A stretch of DNA of 26,386 bases from Spirochaetota bacterium. GTDB taxonomy: Bacteria > Spirochaetota > GWE2-31-10 > MWDO01. Shown here in pieces: positions 16,507-25,428 of this stretch. The notes beneath the pieces were generated by a model. The model was not told the DNA's origin. It ran no database searches and worked only from the letters and a program-made list of their open reading frames with translations. Position numbers and translations under genes: made by a program. Position 1 is the first letter of the stretch. Every line of letters begins with the position of its first letter. Where the stretch lies: NCBI GenBank assembly GCA_017998755.1, contig JAGOCL010000001.1:1-26386 (forward strand), given 5' to 3'.

Positions 16507-17270
16507 TTCTTAAAATCCGGCATTCTTAATATATCAATAAAGTCGTCGATAAAAACCGAGCATTCTCTAATAATATATTCCATTGTTTGGCCTGTAAAAA
16601 TATCTTTTTTTGCTTTATCAAATTTATTGGAATATTTCTCAGCGGCGTTAAACAAACTTTTTCTACCCTCGTTAAGGTCCGTTATTACTAAAGTCAAGAA
16701 AGTTCTAATATCGTTTAATAATTCGCTAATTTTGACCAATAAATGATGTTTCTGAAGATTAATTCGCTCTTTATATTTTTCAATCTGATCTTTGTTAGTA
16801 AGTTTACATAATAATTCAAAGTCGGCAATGAATTCTTTTACTAGATGTTTTACGGAGTCGTATTTAACGTAAAAATCGTCTCTTTTCCTTGAAAGAGCGT
16901 AATCAAGTTTGAGATTGGTCTGACTCATAGGCGGTAAAAAATTTTCTTCAAAGTAATTTAGATAAGAATATAGCTGATCTAATTCAGAATCTTTATTCAG
17001 ATCAGAAATTTTTTCGATTTGTACTAAATTCTTATAGTTTTTATCATTAGCGGCGGTAGCATCTTCGCCATCGACGTTTTGAGTTAATATATTAAGTTTA
17101 ACCGGATTAACCCAGTTGCCGTTTTCAATATCTTTGATAATTAAATCGACTTCTTTAATGTAGTGAGAAATTCTTTTTTTTTGTTCCTCTTTTTGAGAAA
17201 CTTTATAAGTCGACAATAATTGAGCCTTTATTTTGTAAATCTTTTCAATTTCCTTATCGCTTAGCGACAT
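16503..17270 (-). CDS. Hypothetical helical protein
   Basis: 255-aa ORF with AGGGG RBS; its stop overlaps the pdxA start (ATGA). Confidence 0.75.
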   Translation of the reverse strand: MSLSDKEIEKIYKIKAQLLSTYKVSQKEEQKKRISHYIKEVDLIIKDIENGNWVNPVKLNILTQNVDGEDATAANDKNYKNLVQIEKISDLNKDSELDQLYSYLNYFEENFLPPMSQTNLKLDYALSRKRDDFYVKYDSVKHLVKEFIADFELLCKLTNKDQIEKYKERINLQKHHLLVKISELLNDIRTFLTLVITDLNEGRKSLFNAAEKYSNKFDKAKKDIFTGQTMEYIIRECSVFIDDFIDILRMPDFKK

Positions 17271-17309
17271 AATATACCCCTAAACACATTGGACTTCAGT
17301 AGTTTTATC

Positions 17310-17360
17310 AAAAAACGCCATACGCGAAGCCTTCGATAAAGAGCCCGTCAATATGGCGTT
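17310..17360 (-). terminator. Terminator-like stem after the flaA pair
   Basis: AACGCCATA/TATGGCGTT perfect 9-bp stem (17314-17322 / 17352-17360), continuing into a U run on the minus strand; 29-nt loop. Confidence 0.6.
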
Positions 17361-17405
17361 ATTATTAAATAATATTTAATATTTTTATATCTAATTCAGA
17401 AATAC

Positions 17406-18335
17406 TCACCAATCGTCTCTCATATCGTCGTCGTCTCTTGTCGATTCGTTAAAAAGATCCGTCGTAGCTCTTAATTCGTCAAAATAAATGAAATATGAAC
17501 CAAAGGTTTCGACAGGATCGCATTCGATCAAAAATCCGTTAAATTTTATACCTTCTTTATCGATAAAATGGTGATCCCATTGCTTAATCTTCTCATTTCC
17601 CGGAATATATGTTGTAATTTTTTTCCAACCGGTAAAGTTTAGCGAACTTCCGTATAGAATTCTTTGACTGCCGTTAAAGTCCTGAACCAAGAACTTTAAT
17701 ACGTGCTTATAATTTCTTCCGGCTACCCAAACAGACATGCTTTGGCATCTGCCTTCGACAACTATAGGTTTTATAGGAATAATGGAAAACCAGTTGTAAC
17801 CTCTCGCTATATACTCTATTTTTACGCCAAGCACTTTCTCTCTTGAATATAGTTCAGGCACTTTGTCTCCTATGTTATTATCTTCAAAAATAGTTCTCGC
17901 TCTGCTTCTTTTTTCTTTCGTTACGCCGTCTGCTTTAACAACGTAGAAATTATTTTCAATTTGAGTTACAGTGCCTTCTTCGTCGGTCATTGTGTATTTT
18001 TCCATCTTTTTTTCATATAAGCTGTTGATGAAGTTCAAATCGTCGCCGTCCAATTCCTTAGATACTATATTTTCATATACGTCGGCGTCAAATCTTGGGG
18101 GGATTTCTGTGGCAATATCTTTTGGCGCTCCTGTTCTTGTTCTTTTAGAAATAATCCCTTGATCCAGCGGCATTGCGACTTTCCAAAAAGAGGCGTCTTC
18201 AAAGCCTGTAAGTCTTATTGAAGTAATTTGCGAGTTGGCGGAAATACCGTCGAAACTCTCGGCGCTATCTTGAGAATATGCGAAAAGGGACAGCGTTACA
18301 AGCAGTATAACTATCATTATGTTTTTCTTAATCAT
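17406..18335 (-). CDS. flaA: Flagellar filament outer layer (sheath) protein FlaA, second copy
   Basis: Signal peptide; KVLGVKIEY..RGYN; IKPIVVEG..SMSVWVAGRNYKH; LNFTGWKK; YFIYFDELR. Confidence 0.88.
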   Translation of the reverse strand: MIKKNIMIVILLVTLSLFAYSQDSAESFDGISANSQITSIRLTGFEDASFWKVAMPLDQGIISKRTRTGAPKDIATEIPPRFDADVYENIVSKELDGDDLNFINSLYEKKMEKYTMTDEEGTVTQIENNFYVVKADGVTKEKRSRARTIFEDNNIGDKVPELYSREKVLGVKIEYIARGYNWFSIIPIKPIVVEGRCQSMSVWVAGRNYKHVLKFLVQDFNGSQRILYGSSLNFTGWKKITTYIPGNEKIKQWDHHFIDKEGIKFNGFLIECDPVETFGSYFIYFDELRATTDLFNESTRDDDDMRDDW

Positions 18336-18361
18336 TTTACTCTCCTTATATGTTATTGCGA

Positions 18362-19207
18362 TTATGGCATATTATCGACGGTAACGTCGACGTTAACGCC
18401 GTCTTTCCAGACTTTTTTAACGTAATCAGGTCTTCCGAGCTGATATCCGTCGTATATCTCTTCGTAAACGTCGGACAAATACTTGATGTGGTCTATGTAT
18501 ATATCCGCCCCGCTAACTTTTTCGTTAGGATTTGTCCAGATAACGAGCTTAGTAAAAGATAACGCTTTAACGCTGGGGATATAATCTACGGTTTGAGGGA
18601 TACTCGTAGGAACGTTGACTGAAAAATTTTTCCAGCCGACGTGTCTTAAGCTACCGACGTTTAATCTGTGTTCTGCGCCTCTGTAATCTGTTAATACGAC
18701 TTCCATAAAGTAGTCAAAATTAGCGCCCCATATCCAAAAATCAAACTGTCTGACTTTTCCTTTAAACATTATAGGTTGTATAACATATTTATCGTCGTCT
18801 TTTTTACTTACCGGATAGACTTCGACGTAATTGTATCCTTGCCTGTTAAACTTCACATTCAATGCCAAACAATAACCGGATACGTCGGTATATTTTGATT
18901 TTTGTTTTTCCGAATCTTCCGTACCGTAAAAAAAAGATCCTTCGTTGCCAAAGTACGCTTCAGGCCACGCTTTGACCCATGCAATTTTTTGTAAGCTCTT
19001 ACCGTTCTCCCTGTTATTGTATCTGCCAAAAACATTAGGAACAACTTTCCAAAATCTTTTAGGCGAAGACGAGTCTTCTTCAGACATCTCAAAGTCTTCG
19101 AGCACAAGCGATTGTACGTTGGAAGTATATTCCGTACCAAACGCGGAACCTACGCCAAATAAAAGTAGAAACAGAGAAAATAATGCAGTTATTTTTCTTA
19201 TAAACAT
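18362..19207 (-). CDS. flaA: Flagellar filament outer layer (sheath) protein FlaA, first copy
   Basis: Signal peptide; LEDFE; KFNRQGYNYVEVYP; FDFWIWGANFDY; GSLRHVGWKN; IYIDHIK. Confidence 0.88.
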   Translation of the reverse strand: MFIRKITALFSLFLLLFGVGSAFGTEYTSNVQSLVLEDFEMSEEDSSSPKRFWKVVPNVFGRYNNRENGKSLQKIAWVKAWPEAYFGNEGSFFYGTEDSEKQKSKYTDVSGYCLALNVKFNRQGYNYVEVYPVSKKDDDKYVIQPIMFKGKVRQFDFWIWGANFDYFMEVVLTDYRGAEHRLNVGSLRHVGWKNFSVNVPTSIPQTVDYIPSVKALSFTKLVIWTNPNEKVSGADIYIDHIKYLSDVYEEIYDGYQLGRPDYVKKVWKDGVNVDVTVDNMP

Positions 19208-19279
19208 GTAACGTTACTCCTTTTTAGTCAAAAAAGTATTTAAAATGAATCTAACAATTTTAAAAAAACTATCATAAAA

Positions 19280-19308
19280 ATTATAGTTTAATGGTATAAA
19301 ATTGTCAA
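19280..19308 (-). promoter_or_regulatory. Consensus sigma70 promoter of the flaA operon
   Basis: Minus strand reads TTGACA-17 nt-TATAAT exactly; sigma70-driven flaA transcription is established in spirochetes. Confidence 0.85.
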
Positions 19309-19410
19309 ATTAAATTTCTTAATCTTTATAACATTTTTAATAAATAACAAAATTCAATTATACCAAATTTCTCGATTTTATAAATCTAAAACTTTAATTT
19401 TATAACCATA

Positions 19411-20325
19411 TTATATAAATTTAATTCTATATTTTTCAGCCTCGTTATGTAAAACGTCAATTTCTTCCATAATTTTGTCGACGGTAAATTGTTTAACAAG
19501 TTCTTTATCGTCCGGATTTATATTGTTGGTTGCCAATATAGAGCTCATATAGTCTTTGGCGCTTTTTATTTCGCCAAAGTTGAATACTAAAACGTCCTTA
19601 ACAAAAGGTTCTTTGGTCATGTCTTCATGCTCTTTAGGAGGCATATTATTGCCATTAATCGAGCAACAACAAAAATAATCAAAATAATTGAGATACCCCA
19701 TCGTTTCTTTAATCCCTTTTTTTGAATCGGGATCCCACGGTCTATATCGGGTGCCGGAAGGGTACATGATAAATATATTTCCTTTATTTCTTAATTCCAT
19801 AATTTTTCTGGCGGATCTTAGATTAATTTTTTTTGCAAAATCCAATTCTTTTGAGAATTGTTCGTTTCCTTCCATTTTTTTAGTCGTTCTTGGAGGAACT
19901 ATTACTATTCGCGTAAACATTTCCGTAAAAATTTTAACTATTGGATTTTCATTTAACTTAACTCCGGCGATAAAAATGAATTTGTCAAAAATTTCCTTGG
20001 CTATATCAAGCTCGCAATCGTAAAACCTTAAAAATAAACTTGGAACGTCCAAATTTGAGACGTGCTCGGATAGTATAATGCAAGACTTGCCTTCTTTAGC
20101 TAATTGATAAAGTTTTAACACATTTTCCATTCCTAATATCGAGCTTCCCGGAAGATGTCCCATTTTCATAGACTCAAATAAAAGATTCCTATTAGTTTTA
20201 TGCGCTTCTTGATATACGTTATCCGGCGTAATACTCGTATCTTCGTTCATTTTAGAGTGTTTTGCCATTAACTTTGCGTAATCAAAGAATTTTGTTGTTA
20301 AAACGTCGTTAGGATCAATATTCAT
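19411..20325 (-). CDS. Glycerol-3-phosphate / lysophospholipid acyltransferase (plastid/chlamydial GPAT-like)
   Basis: HxxxxD motif (EHVSNLD); FIAG..L..NP..K.F; N.RS; PSGTRYRP. Start moved to 20325 (MNIDPND), which has an AAGGAG RBS. Confidence 0.8.
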   Translation of the reverse strand: MNIDPNDVLTTKFFDYAKLMAKHSKMNEDTSITPDNVYQEAHKTNRNLLFESMKMGHLPGSSILGMENVLKLYQLAKEGKSCIILSEHVSNLDVPSLFLRFYDCELDIAKEIFDKFIFIAGVKLNENPIVKIFTEMFTRIVIVPPRTTKKMEGNEQFSKELDFAKKINLRSARKIMELRNKGNIFIMYPSGTRYRPWDPDSKKGIKETMGYLNYFDYFCCCSINGNNMPPKEHEDMTKEPFVKDVLVFNFGEIKSAKDYMSSILATNNINPDDKELVKQFTVDKIMEEIDVLHNEAEKYRIKFI

Positions 20326-20502
20326 AAATTTACGCTCCTTGGTTAATATAAAAAAATATAGATAGAATCTAGTTAGTTTTATCAAATTATCTTTATTTAT
20401 TTGATAAATTTAGCTTTAATTATTTGCTATGTTATGATATTATTTGTTAAAAATCAAGAAAACAATAGATATTTTGTTATTAATAAGAATTTTAAATTTT
20501 AA

Positions 20503-20531
20503 TTGCAAAATTAAAAAAAATGATTTAAAAT
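20503..20531 (+). promoter_or_regulatory. sigma70-type promoter for the SDR gene
   Basis: TTGCAA-17 nt-TAAAAT. Confidence 0.55.
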
Positions 20532-20575
20532 TCTTATCAGTATATCAATTCTTTTAATTATGGGGGTAGAGTGTT

Positions 20576-21406
20576 ATGGCAGAAGTAAATTTATTTAAGA
20601 ATAAAACCGTTCTGATTACCGGAGGCGCCGATGGGCTTGGTAAGGCTTTGGCGATAGAATTGGCTTTGGCAAAGGCGGACGTGATTGTTGTAGATAGGAG
20701 TAAGGATCAAATCAACGCTCTTATCAATGAGATATCTCAAATGAAGAAGAAGTGCGGAAAAGTTACTGGCGTCGAAGGGGATGTGTCCTCGTTGAAAGGG
20801 TGCGAAGAGATAATAAAAAATACAAAAAGAATAAACGGTTCGATCGACATACTTATTAATAACGCCGCCGCGTTGGTTCCTTCTAAATTTGAAGAACAAA
20901 AAACTCAAGATATTCAAAATATGGTTAACGTGAATATTATGGGAACAATGAATATGACAAAACTGGCTTTGCCGGTATTGAGATCGTCAAAGAAACCGGG
21001 ATTGATTAATATTAGCGGTTTTTTTGGAAAAGTCGGAGTTCCGTATTTTTCAGTATATTCAGCAACAGAATTTGCTATAACGGGATTTACCGAATCTCTT
21101 CAGAGAGAATTTGCGGGAGAACCAATAAGAGTAATGGGCGTTCACACGGCGGGTATCAAAACAAATATGTTTAAAGGTATGATCGGTAAGATGACAAAAA
21201 TGAATTTTGTTTTTGAAGCTCCCGAAGTTGTCGCCAAAAAAATTGTTACGGCTTATAATGAAATGAAAAATGATTTAGTCCTCGGAAAAAATGAAAAAAG
21301 TCTCGCTTTTTGGAATACCGCGTCAAAAAACTCGGTAAATAACAAATTTAAAAAGATTAAGACTAAATTATTAAACGCCGCGGCTAATTTTGGTTCAGAC
21401 GAGTAA
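20576..21406 (+). CDS. Short-chain dehydrogenase/reductase family protein with altered active site
   Basis: TGGADGLG cofactor motif, DVSS and ILINNAA are present; the active site reads NISG...YSATE. Confidence 0.88.
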   Translation: MAEVNLFKNKTVLITGGADGLGKALAIELALAKADVIVVDRSKDQINALINEISQMKKKCGKVTGVEGDVSSLKGCEEIIKNTKRINGSIDILINNAAALVPSKFEEQKTQDIQNMVNVNIMGTMNMTKLALPVLRSSKKPGLINISGFFGKVGVPYFSVYSATEFAITGFTESLQREFAGEPIRVMGVHTAGIKTNMFKGMIGKMTKMNFVFEAPEVVAKKIVTAYNEMKNDLVLGKNEKSLAFWNTASKNSVNNKFKKIKTKLLNAAANFGSDE

Positions 21407-21448
21407 TTTATTTTAATTCAATTTTTAAATTTATACTCTAAGTAACTT

Positions 21449-21487
21449 TATCGTTCGGAGCGCGCGAGGCTGTTTCTTTCGGCGATA
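21449..21487 (+). other. GC-rich hairpin in the leader of the DegT-like gene
   Basis: TATCG/CGATA outer stem and TCGGAG/TTTCGG (G-U rich) inner stem, in an otherwise very AT-rich spacer. Confidence 0.4.
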
Positions 21488-21535
21488 GTATGATTAGTTT
21501 GATTAATTAATACCAAATTCTTATGGAGAGCCGTC

Positions 21536-22594
21536 TTGTTAAAAGAATATGTATCGGTGTATAGACCGACTATCAAAAGAAAAGACCTTGAGTATGTTTT
21601 AAATACGATGGTTGAAGATAAAATTTCTTATGGAGAGTACGCTAAAGTTTTTGAAAGGAAACTTTATGAAAGAACGGGAAGTTATAACGTAATAGCGCTA
21701 AATTCTATTTTTAGCGCTTTATCTATAGTTTTTCAAAGTTTAGACGTTAAAAGCGGAGACGAAGTTATTCTGCCTTCGTTTGCCCCCCAAGTTTATCTAA
21801 ATTTTATTTTATTATTCGGTGCTGTTCCAAAATTAATCGATATGGAAGAAAACAGCTATCGCCCGTCGTTAACGATGATGCGCGACTCAATAACCGAGAA
21901 AACCAAGCTTGTTATATTATATTACTATTTTGGATATACCTATGATCCCAACCCTTATCTTGATCTTTTTCATACTGTAGTAGAAGATATTTCCAGCGTT
22001 ATCGGAGCCGGAGTTAACGGTGAAAAGGTCGGCTCTAAGTCCCAATACGCAATTGCGGATTTTTCATCAAAGAGCTTGATAACTACCGGCGACGGGGCGG
22101 CGGTTTTTTGTAATTCGAGAAAAAACTATTATTTAACTAAGTCGCTGATAGAAAATGAAGAATACTCTCTCGATTATAAACCGCGTAATTATTGCTTAAT
22201 GCCGGACTTAAACGCTTCTATGGGCATAAGTCAGATTGAAACGCTTGATCATAAGTTGAAACTTAGAGAAACAATAGGCAAATTTTACGAACAAGCCGCT
22301 TTGAAAGGTAGAAGCGGGTTTATCGCTCAGGAAAAAGATTTTGACAGGTATTATAGCGATTTTCCGATTCTAATTAAGTCAAATCTTAAGGACGCTCAGC
22401 TTTTTCTAAAAAAATACAAAATAGAGGGGATTAGACCTTTTGCTTATCCTCTGCATCAATATTTGAATTTACCAAAAGAAAAATTTCCCGTTACCGAATA
22501 TTTTTATCTAAATACTTTGCTTATACCAAGTTATTCGTCGCTGACAAAAACTCAAGTAACGGAAATAACAAAAGTTTTGGCCGGTATGATATGA
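21536..22594 (+). CDS. DegT/DnrJ/EryC1/StrS family aminotransferase-like protein with displaced catalytic Lys
   Basis: GDEVILPSF; GAVPKLID; VVED...IGA; TTGDGAAV; N..MPDLNASMGISQ. TTG start with GGAG RBS. Confidence 0.85.
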   Translation: MLKEYVSVYRPTIKRKDLEYVLNTMVEDKISYGEYAKVFERKLYERTGSYNVIALNSIFSALSIVFQSLDVKSGDEVILPSFAPQVYLNFILLFGAVPKLIDMEENSYRPSLTMMRDSITEKTKLVILYYYFGYTYDPNPYLDLFHTVVEDISSVIGAGVNGEKVGSKSQYAIADFSSKSLITTGDGAAVFCNSRKNYYLTKSLIENEEYSLDYKPRNYCLMPDLNASMGISQIETLDHKLKLRETIGKFYEQAALKGRSGFIAQEKDFDRYYSDFPILIKSNLKDAQLFLKKYKIEGIRPFAYPLHQYLNLPKEKFPVTEYFYLNTLLIPSYSSLTKTQVTEITKVLAGMI

Positions 22595-22600
22595 TCGTCG

Positions 22601-22858
22601 TTATTTAGTTTTATCAAACCAATCGGTAATTTGACTTTTGTTTTTTTCAACTATCTTTACAAAATCTTCGATTTGATCAAGTTGAAGCGTAACGCCTTTT
22701 GCCGTTGGCGCCCATCCGTCTTCCTTTTGAAAATATTTTCTGACGTCTAAGAACCGCGAGTTTTTGAAAGACGATAGTTTAATTATTATCGGTTCGCGGA
22801 CGATTGCCTCTCCGGAGGAATTAAAGCCGATTCTACCTAATTCAATCTCTTCTTGCAT
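22601..22858 (-). CDS. PC4/YdbC-like (transcriptional coactivator p15 fold) ssDNA-binding protein
   Basis: LSSFK...LDVRKYF...GW.PT.KGVTL motif; AAGGAG RBS. Confidence 0.85.
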   Translation of the reverse strand: MQEEIELGRIGFNSSGEAIVREPIIIKLSSFKNSRFLDVRKYFQKEDGWAPTAKGVTLQLDQIEDFVKIVEKNKSQITDWFDKTK

Positions 22859-22880
22859 AAATATCTCCTTGAATAAATAT

Positions 22881-24518
22881 TTATTTTAAAATTTCTTTAA
22901 GTTTTGTAAAAAACTCGTCTCTCGATCTGTCTGTTTTAGCGATTATCGCCTTGTTTGTCGCGCCTATATCGTCGTACAAATTTAGAATTTCAATTAGTTT
23001 GTCGTTGAGAGACGTATCCTTAGAAAGAATGCTTTTTATTTCAGATTTTAGTAAGTTTGATTTAACGATATTAATAGCCGTTTGGACGGGATTGTAGTCT
23101 GAAGCGTTTCTGCTCTGCTGAGAAGAATCTGTTGTCGATTTGATCTTTTCCGTTACATTGGCTATCTGGTTTAATTTATTTATTTGCGACGCTATCTGTT
23201 TATTAAAATTTGATTCGTTCCATTTAGAAAAAATGCTGTTTAATAAGGCGTAAAAGAAATTCATATACTGTTTTTGTCTTTTAATGTAATCAAGTATCGC
23301 TTTTTCAAGAACAATATATTCTAAAATTTCAGCCATATTATCAAGCGTTATCTCGTAGAAATTCTTTAAATCCTTGAATTCTTCGGATTTTAATAGTTTC
23401 TCAGAAATTCTGATATTTTGATGTTTTTTTGATTTGACGGCTTCTTCTATTTGTTCAGATAGGTTTTCTCTAAAGCAGATGTAAGTATCGTCGCTATAAA
23501 CGTCTTCTTTAAAATTATCTTTAATAATAATGTCGATTGACGGAATCAGTAAATTTCTGATTTTCTTCCGTAGAAATTCTGTTTTTTCGCTAGATAAAAT
23601 TTTTACTTGACGAGAATTTTCTAAAATATCAATATTGTTATCGTCGATTTTAAAAATCTTATAATTTGACCCCATAAATTTATCGTTGATTTCAGGAGGA
23701 TTTAACGTCTCTTTTTTTATTTTGAAAATTATAAAGTCCGGGTTTGATTTAAAAAAATTCACTATATCTGTTTTATTAATTTCTTCTTCTGAATTTGAGA
23801 ATAGATCTTTGTATGCGTTAGATATAACGTCTCTATACAAAGGATAAGAATTCTTTACGAAGTCCCAATAAAATTTCTTTTCAATAATAATATCTTTAAT
23901 AACGTTGGATTTTTTTGTTTTAATCTTTTTATCTTCGGTTGTTTTGTTTTTTGCATAAGATACGATATGTTGCAAATAAGCGTTCCAGTTAGGCGCGATA
24001 ATTCGGGCTATGTTGTACAAATCTAACGTTATTTTATTTGATTCGTACGGCCTTATGTTTTTCATTCTAAACTCAATATCTTTTATTAAGTCGATAGGGC
24101 TGATAGTATTATTGGTATTTCTAAAATATGCGATAAACTTTATAATATTGCTTTCGTTTATTTCATTTTTGAATTTTTTTATTTGATCGGTCGTCGGTAG
24201 AGAGGATAATTCAAACTTCTCGGAATAAAACTTTTGAAGCGCAGATTTAATTTCTTCTATTTTGTCTTCTTTAAGTAGAAAAATAAAATTTATTGAAGCT
24301 GAATTTATATCTTTTAATCTTACAAAACTATCGCAATAGTCTAGAAGAGGTTTTATTAAAATTAAAAAACATTTATCTCTATTATACGATACGTCCGATT
24401 TGAATAATTCGGAAGAAAATATTACTTCGGTGGAAATTTGTCCGGTTTTTAATAAAAATTCCTTAAAAACCACAGATTGAAAATCATTTCTTTTTAAAAG
24501 ATCGCCAAAATCAATCAT
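22881..24518 (-). CDS. Hypothetical protein (545 aa, low complexity K/I/N/E-rich)
   Basis: Long ORF co-oriented between parB and the PC4 gene; no motif recognised. Confidence 0.75.
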   Translation of the reverse strand: MIDFGDLLKRNDFQSVVFKEFLLKTGQISTEVIFSSELFKSDVSYNRDKCFLILIKPLLDYCDSFVRLKDINSASINFIFLLKEDKIEEIKSALQKFYSEKFELSSLPTTDQIKKFKNEINESNIIKFIAYFRNTNNTISPIDLIKDIEFRMKNIRPYESNKITLDLYNIARIIAPNWNAYLQHIVSYAKNKTTEDKKIKTKKSNVIKDIIIEKKFYWDFVKNSYPLYRDVISNAYKDLFSNSEEEINKTDIVNFFKSNPDFIIFKIKKETLNPPEINDKFMGSNYKIFKIDDNNIDILENSRQVKILSSEKTEFLRKKIRNLLIPSIDIIIKDNFKEDVYSDDTYICFRENLSEQIEEAVKSKKHQNIRISEKLLKSEEFKDLKNFYEITLDNMAEILEYIVLEKAILDYIKRQKQYMNFFYALLNSIFSKWNESNFNKQIASQINKLNQIANVTEKIKSTTDSSQQSRNASDYNPVQTAINIVKSNLLKSEIKSILSKDTSLNDKLIEILNLYDDIGATNKAIIAKTDRSRDEFFTKLKEILK

Positions 24519-24534
24519 ATATAATCCGTTATTT

Positions 24535-25428
24535 TTAAATAATTTTCAGATTAAATAATTCAAGAAGTCTTTCAAGCTCGTCTTGATTGAAATATTCAAT
24601 TTGAATTTTACCTTTTAAAGAATTTCCTAAAATTTGAACTCTGGTCTGTAGTTTTCTTTCAAGTTCTTTTTCTGCATTCTGAATTTCAAGCTCTCTCAAT
24701 GAATTTTTTTTATTCTGATTTTCCTTGCCGGATATAGGCCATTTTTTTGTCAAACCTTCGGCTTCTCTTACCGATAAGTTATTATTTATTATATATTTAG
24801 CAAAATCAATATGATATTTCTTATCTTGTAAAGATAAAATGGTTCGAGCGTGTCCCGGGGTAATTGTTCCGTCCATTATCCATTTTTGAATCTCTATATC
24901 GAGATTCAACAACCGAATAAAATTTGTTATAGAAGTTCTGCTCTTACCGATAGAATCCGCCAGTTCTTCTTGAGTTATGCCGAAAGAATCAATCAGATTT
25001 GAATAAGCCAAAGCTTCTTCTATCGGATTAAGGTTTTCTCGTTGGATATTTTCAATTAGTGAAATTTCAAGCTTCTCTTTTTGAGAAAGATTTTTGATAA
25101 TAACTGGGATTTTGGTTAATCCTACGCTTTTAGCCGCTCTATATCGTCGCTCGCCGGCTATTATTTCATACGAATCCCCTTTTTTCGATACGGTAATAGG
25201 TTGAATAATTCCAAAATTTTTAATCGATTGGGCCAAACTTTCTATCGAGTCTTCTGAAAAACTTTTTCTTGGCTGGTCTGGATTGGGGACGACTTTATCA
25301 ATGTCAAGTTCGACAAACCCTGCAATTACGTTATTTTGATTAATAACTTCGTCGTTTGTTTCTTCGGCGACGTTCATTTTTAATAAAGCGTCTAATCCGC
25401 GTCCCAGTCCTTTATTATTCTTTGCCAT
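24535..25428 (-). CDS. parB: Chromosome partitioning protein ParB/Spo0J
   Basis: KGLGRGLDALL N-terminus; PNPDQPRK; GIIQPI; AGERRYRA CTPase motif; ENIQRENLNPIEEA; HTH. Start set at ATG 25428, overlapping the parA stop. Confidence 0.95.
   Translation of the reverse strand: MAKNNKGLGRGLDALLKMNVAEETNDEVINQNNVIAGFVELDIDKVVPNPDQPRKSFSEDSIESLAQSIKNFGIIQPITVSKKGDSYEIIAGERRYRAAKSVGLTKIPVIIKNLSQKEKLEISLIENIQRENLNPIEEALAYSNLIDSFGITQEELADSIGKSRTSITNFIRLLNLDIEIQKWIMDGTITPGHARTILSLQDKKYHIDFAKYIINNNLSVREAEGLTKKWPISGKENQNKKNSLRELEIQNAEKELERKLQTRVQILGNSLKGKIQIEYFNQDELERLLELFNLKII

Noticed and set aside
19208-19273. flaA leader shares TTTAAAATTGTT and AGATTCAT with the flaB1-flaB2 spacer
   Set aside because: Short, almost purely A/T words; plausible by chance in this genome.
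20326-20385. 20-aa N-terminal extension of the acyltransferase
   Set aside because: A clear AAGGAG RBS precedes the internal ATG at 20325.
675-20917. Short ORFs nested in or antisense to larger genes (675, 2419, 3038, 6528, 6563, 7261, 7870, 7904, 9468, 9639, 13419, 15725, 16220, 17971, 18228, 18350, 18859, 18945, 19688, 20591)
   Set aside because: All overlap well-supported genes in other frames, with no RBS or family motif seen; expected shadow ORFs.
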